From: an uncultured virus (IMG/VR IMGVR_UViG_3300033992_000526)
Taxonomy: Duplodnaviria > Heunggongvirae > Uroviricota > Caudoviricetes
IMG/VR virus record: IMGVR_UViG_3300033992_000526
Length of the DNA stretch: 59,667 nt
Strand: one strand, 5' to 3'
Below, in pieces: positions 58,095 through 59,667 of this stretch. Position numbers and translations under genes: made by a program. Positions within the stretch are counted from its first letter, which is position 1. Each line of letters opens with the position of its first letter. The notes below the pieces were generated by a model. It worked only from the letters and a program-made list of their open reading frames with translations, did not search any database and had not been told where the DNA came from.

Positions 58095-58844
58095 TTACCT
58101 TACTTTGATGTTTTTAAATTGTTGTCTTGAAATAACGATTACCCTAATATCTGCACCAAGAAGTTCGAGAGGATTAGGAACTTTGTAACCGAGCGATTCA
58201 AACTGAGCCAAAATACTAATACATTCTTTAAATTCTGAAGGAGTCATTAGCCATGCTTCAAAATGAATAACGCTGGGCAGTATAGAGAGATTTATTAAAG
58301 ATTTTAAAAATGAGTAATCAACTCCATCTAAATCCATTTTTAAATATGTACTATTCGGTGCAAGATTAAAAATCTCAACTGCGGCATCATTGCATGTTTT
58401 TGGATTTGCAATTGGAATGTTAACTGTTATATCAGCTTTGGTGGTTGTTCTAATTGAAGAAGTGTTTAATGTATCATCAAGATTTACTGTTAAATGACTT
58501 GGAAATTCTTCACGATCGATAATTGACATTTCGACTATATCTATATTAGCATCTAATTGTTCTGTTGTCAATAGACTTTTTGCAAGATACAGGTATGTAG
58601 GCACAGCATCGATCAGTATGTGCTTGTTCGGATTTACTGCTTTTTTAACCTGTGCTGATAAAACTCCTAGCCAACATCCTAGATCAACAAAAGTATTGCA
58701 TGTGTGTGCAGTGTAAAACTCTCTGATAGTTTCAACTTCTGGATAAGTTGGTATTTTATTATACTCTGTTCGTTGCTGAGAAGCTAATACTTTCTCTAGC
58801 CATCCCGGTATATTTTTTGGTTTTAAGTATTGATCTATTTTCAT
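58095..58844 (-). CDS. FkbM-like methyltransferase
   Basis: FVDLGCWLG, LKMDLDG.D, HFE. Confidence 0.65.
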   Translation of the reverse strand: MKIDQYLKPKNIPGWLEKVLASQQRTEYNKIPTYPEVETIREFYTAHTCNTFVDLGCWLGVLSAQVKKAVNPNKHILIDAVPTYLYLAKSLLTTEQLDANIDIVEMSIIDREEFPSHLTVNLDDTLNTSSIRTTTKADITVNIPIANPKTCNDAAVEIFNLAPNSTYLKMDLDGVDYSFLKSLINLSILPSVIHFEAWLMTPSEFKECISILAQFESLGYKVPNPLELLGADIRVIVISRQQFKNIKVR

Positions 58845-58885
58845 ATTAATTAATGCAAGTATTCACGCATATTGTTTAATATTTA

Positions 58886-59344
58886 TTAGATCATTTTAAC
58901 CATTTGGTAGAAAGCAATATTCATGCCAACTTTTTCTGCTGAAGATAATCGAATTACATTGTTTTTATGTACTTTACTAGAAATAGAATCGCAGTTCATT
59001 TTTTTTGCAAGCATTTCAAAATAATTATGTAACACTGAATAAATGCCGCGTTTCCGGCAATCACTACGTACTGCACTAAGTTCGATCCACAGGCAATTTT
59101 TGTGTAGGTATGCTCTACTGTAGATTATGGCCCCTACTATAACACCATTCTCTTCTGCATAAATGGCTCCACAATCATTGTCATTCCAACTAGTTCGTGC
59201 CATTGCGAACCCGGAATCTATCAATTCGGCCATGTGTCTGATAAAAAATGTATAGACTGGACTATTGGCTATTTGTTCAACGTGTAAAATTTCTAGCTCA
59301 ACGCCGGTCTTATCGACTTCTTTATTAAGATAGATTGGCTGCAT
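58886..59344 (-). CDS. GNAT acetyltransferase
   Basis: ELSAVRSDCRKRGIYS motif A; VHKNN. Confidence 0.8.
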   Translation of the reverse strand: MQPIYLNKEVDKTGVELEILHVEQIANSPVYTFFIRHMAELIDSGFAMARTSWNDNDCGAIYAEENGVIVGAIIYSRAYLHKNCLWIELSAVRSDCRKRGIYSVLHNYFEMLAKKMNCDSISSKVHKNNVIRLSSAEKVGMNIAFYQMVKMI

Positions 59345-59349
59345 GATCT

Positions 59350-59577
59350 TTAATAGTGTTCACTCTTTTTAGGAGGCTTGCGAAGCTTTTCCAAATAATC
59401 ACGTCCCACTTTACCTGCTTCAATTTCTCGAAGTGCAGTGACGTTGAATCCGTTATTACAGGTAACCATAGGCATATGCCCACGCTTTAATTCTCTAGCA
59501 CGAATTGATGCAATCAATACTAGATCAAAACGATTACCTACCATCTCTACCGCTGCTTGTGACGTTAAACGTGCCAT
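59350..59577 (-). CDS. rpoZ: RNA polymerase omega subunit homolog
   Basis: MARLTSQAAVEMVGNRFDLVLIASIRAREL...VTALREIEAGKV; AAGGAA SD. Confidence 0.9.
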   Translation of the reverse strand: MARLTSQAAVEMVGNRFDLVLIASIRARELKRGHMPMVTCNNGFNVTALREIEAGKVGRDYLEKLRKPPKKSEHY

Positions 59578-59608
59578 GTGTTTCCTTGAAGTTAAAGTTA
59601 AAGTTAAA

Positions 59609-59667
59609 CAGGTTCTCTTTTTACGTGCTACCACTACACCAACGTGAAGACCAACTCACGCCCGGGA
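59609..59667 (-). ncRNA. 3' part of a circularly permuted tRNA-like (YrlA-type) RNA, truncated by the window edge
   Basis: T-stem 3' strand CCCGG, 7-bp acceptor closed by a loop (GCGTGAG/TTCACGT), TG, D arm GTGT-AGTGGTA-GCAC, A-rich linker, AGAACCTG end like units 1-3. Confidence 0.65.

Noticed and set aside
59578..59634. N-terminal extension of rpoZ in the ORF track and the AAGTTA tandem repeat
   Set aside because: True start is MARLT with an SD; the extension overlaps the ncRNA; a three-copy AT-rich repeat is not informative

Overview
This window looks like part of a large (jumbo-type) myovirus-like phage genome. The host is probably a proteobacterium, judging from the perfect sigma70 promoters and a proteobacterial-type RNA polymerase omega subunit. 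From left to right: (i) 1-9.8 kb, baseplate and tail-fibre structural genes; (ii) 10-28 kb, accessory genes (uvsE, queD with a preQ1-I-like pseudoknot leader, clpP, lipoproteins, galE, glycosyltransferases, HExxH paralogs); (iii) about 28-50 kb, a dense AT-rich biosynthetic-type island with four B12-binding radical SAM enzymes, a MoaA-like radical SAM, four membrane fatty-acid desaturases (one frameshifted), a sterol-desaturase-like gene, an acyl carrier protein, an ATP-grasp ligase, a Rieske oxygenase, several 2OG/cupin oxygenases, PP-loop and GNAT-like proteins, and an anticodon-defective Leu-type tRNA-like RNA, with many starts preceded by a T4-late-like TAAATA motif; (iv) 50-52 kb, a self-contained operon in which a perfect sigma70 promoter drives three tandem structured non-coding RNAs (covarying 8-bp terminal stems, invariant CAGCAA) and then a DUF2828/TROVE-like vWA protein and a terminator; (v) 52-59.7 kb, tRNAs, phosphatase/HD/kinase genes, rpoZ, and at the right edge the 3' part of a circularly permuted tRNA-like (YrlA-type) RNA ending in the same stem strand. 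The best candidates for an undescribed system are the DUF2828 + Y-like RNA array and the phage-borne lipid/radical-SAM biosynthetic island. All calls come from reading motifs by eye; no database searches were run.
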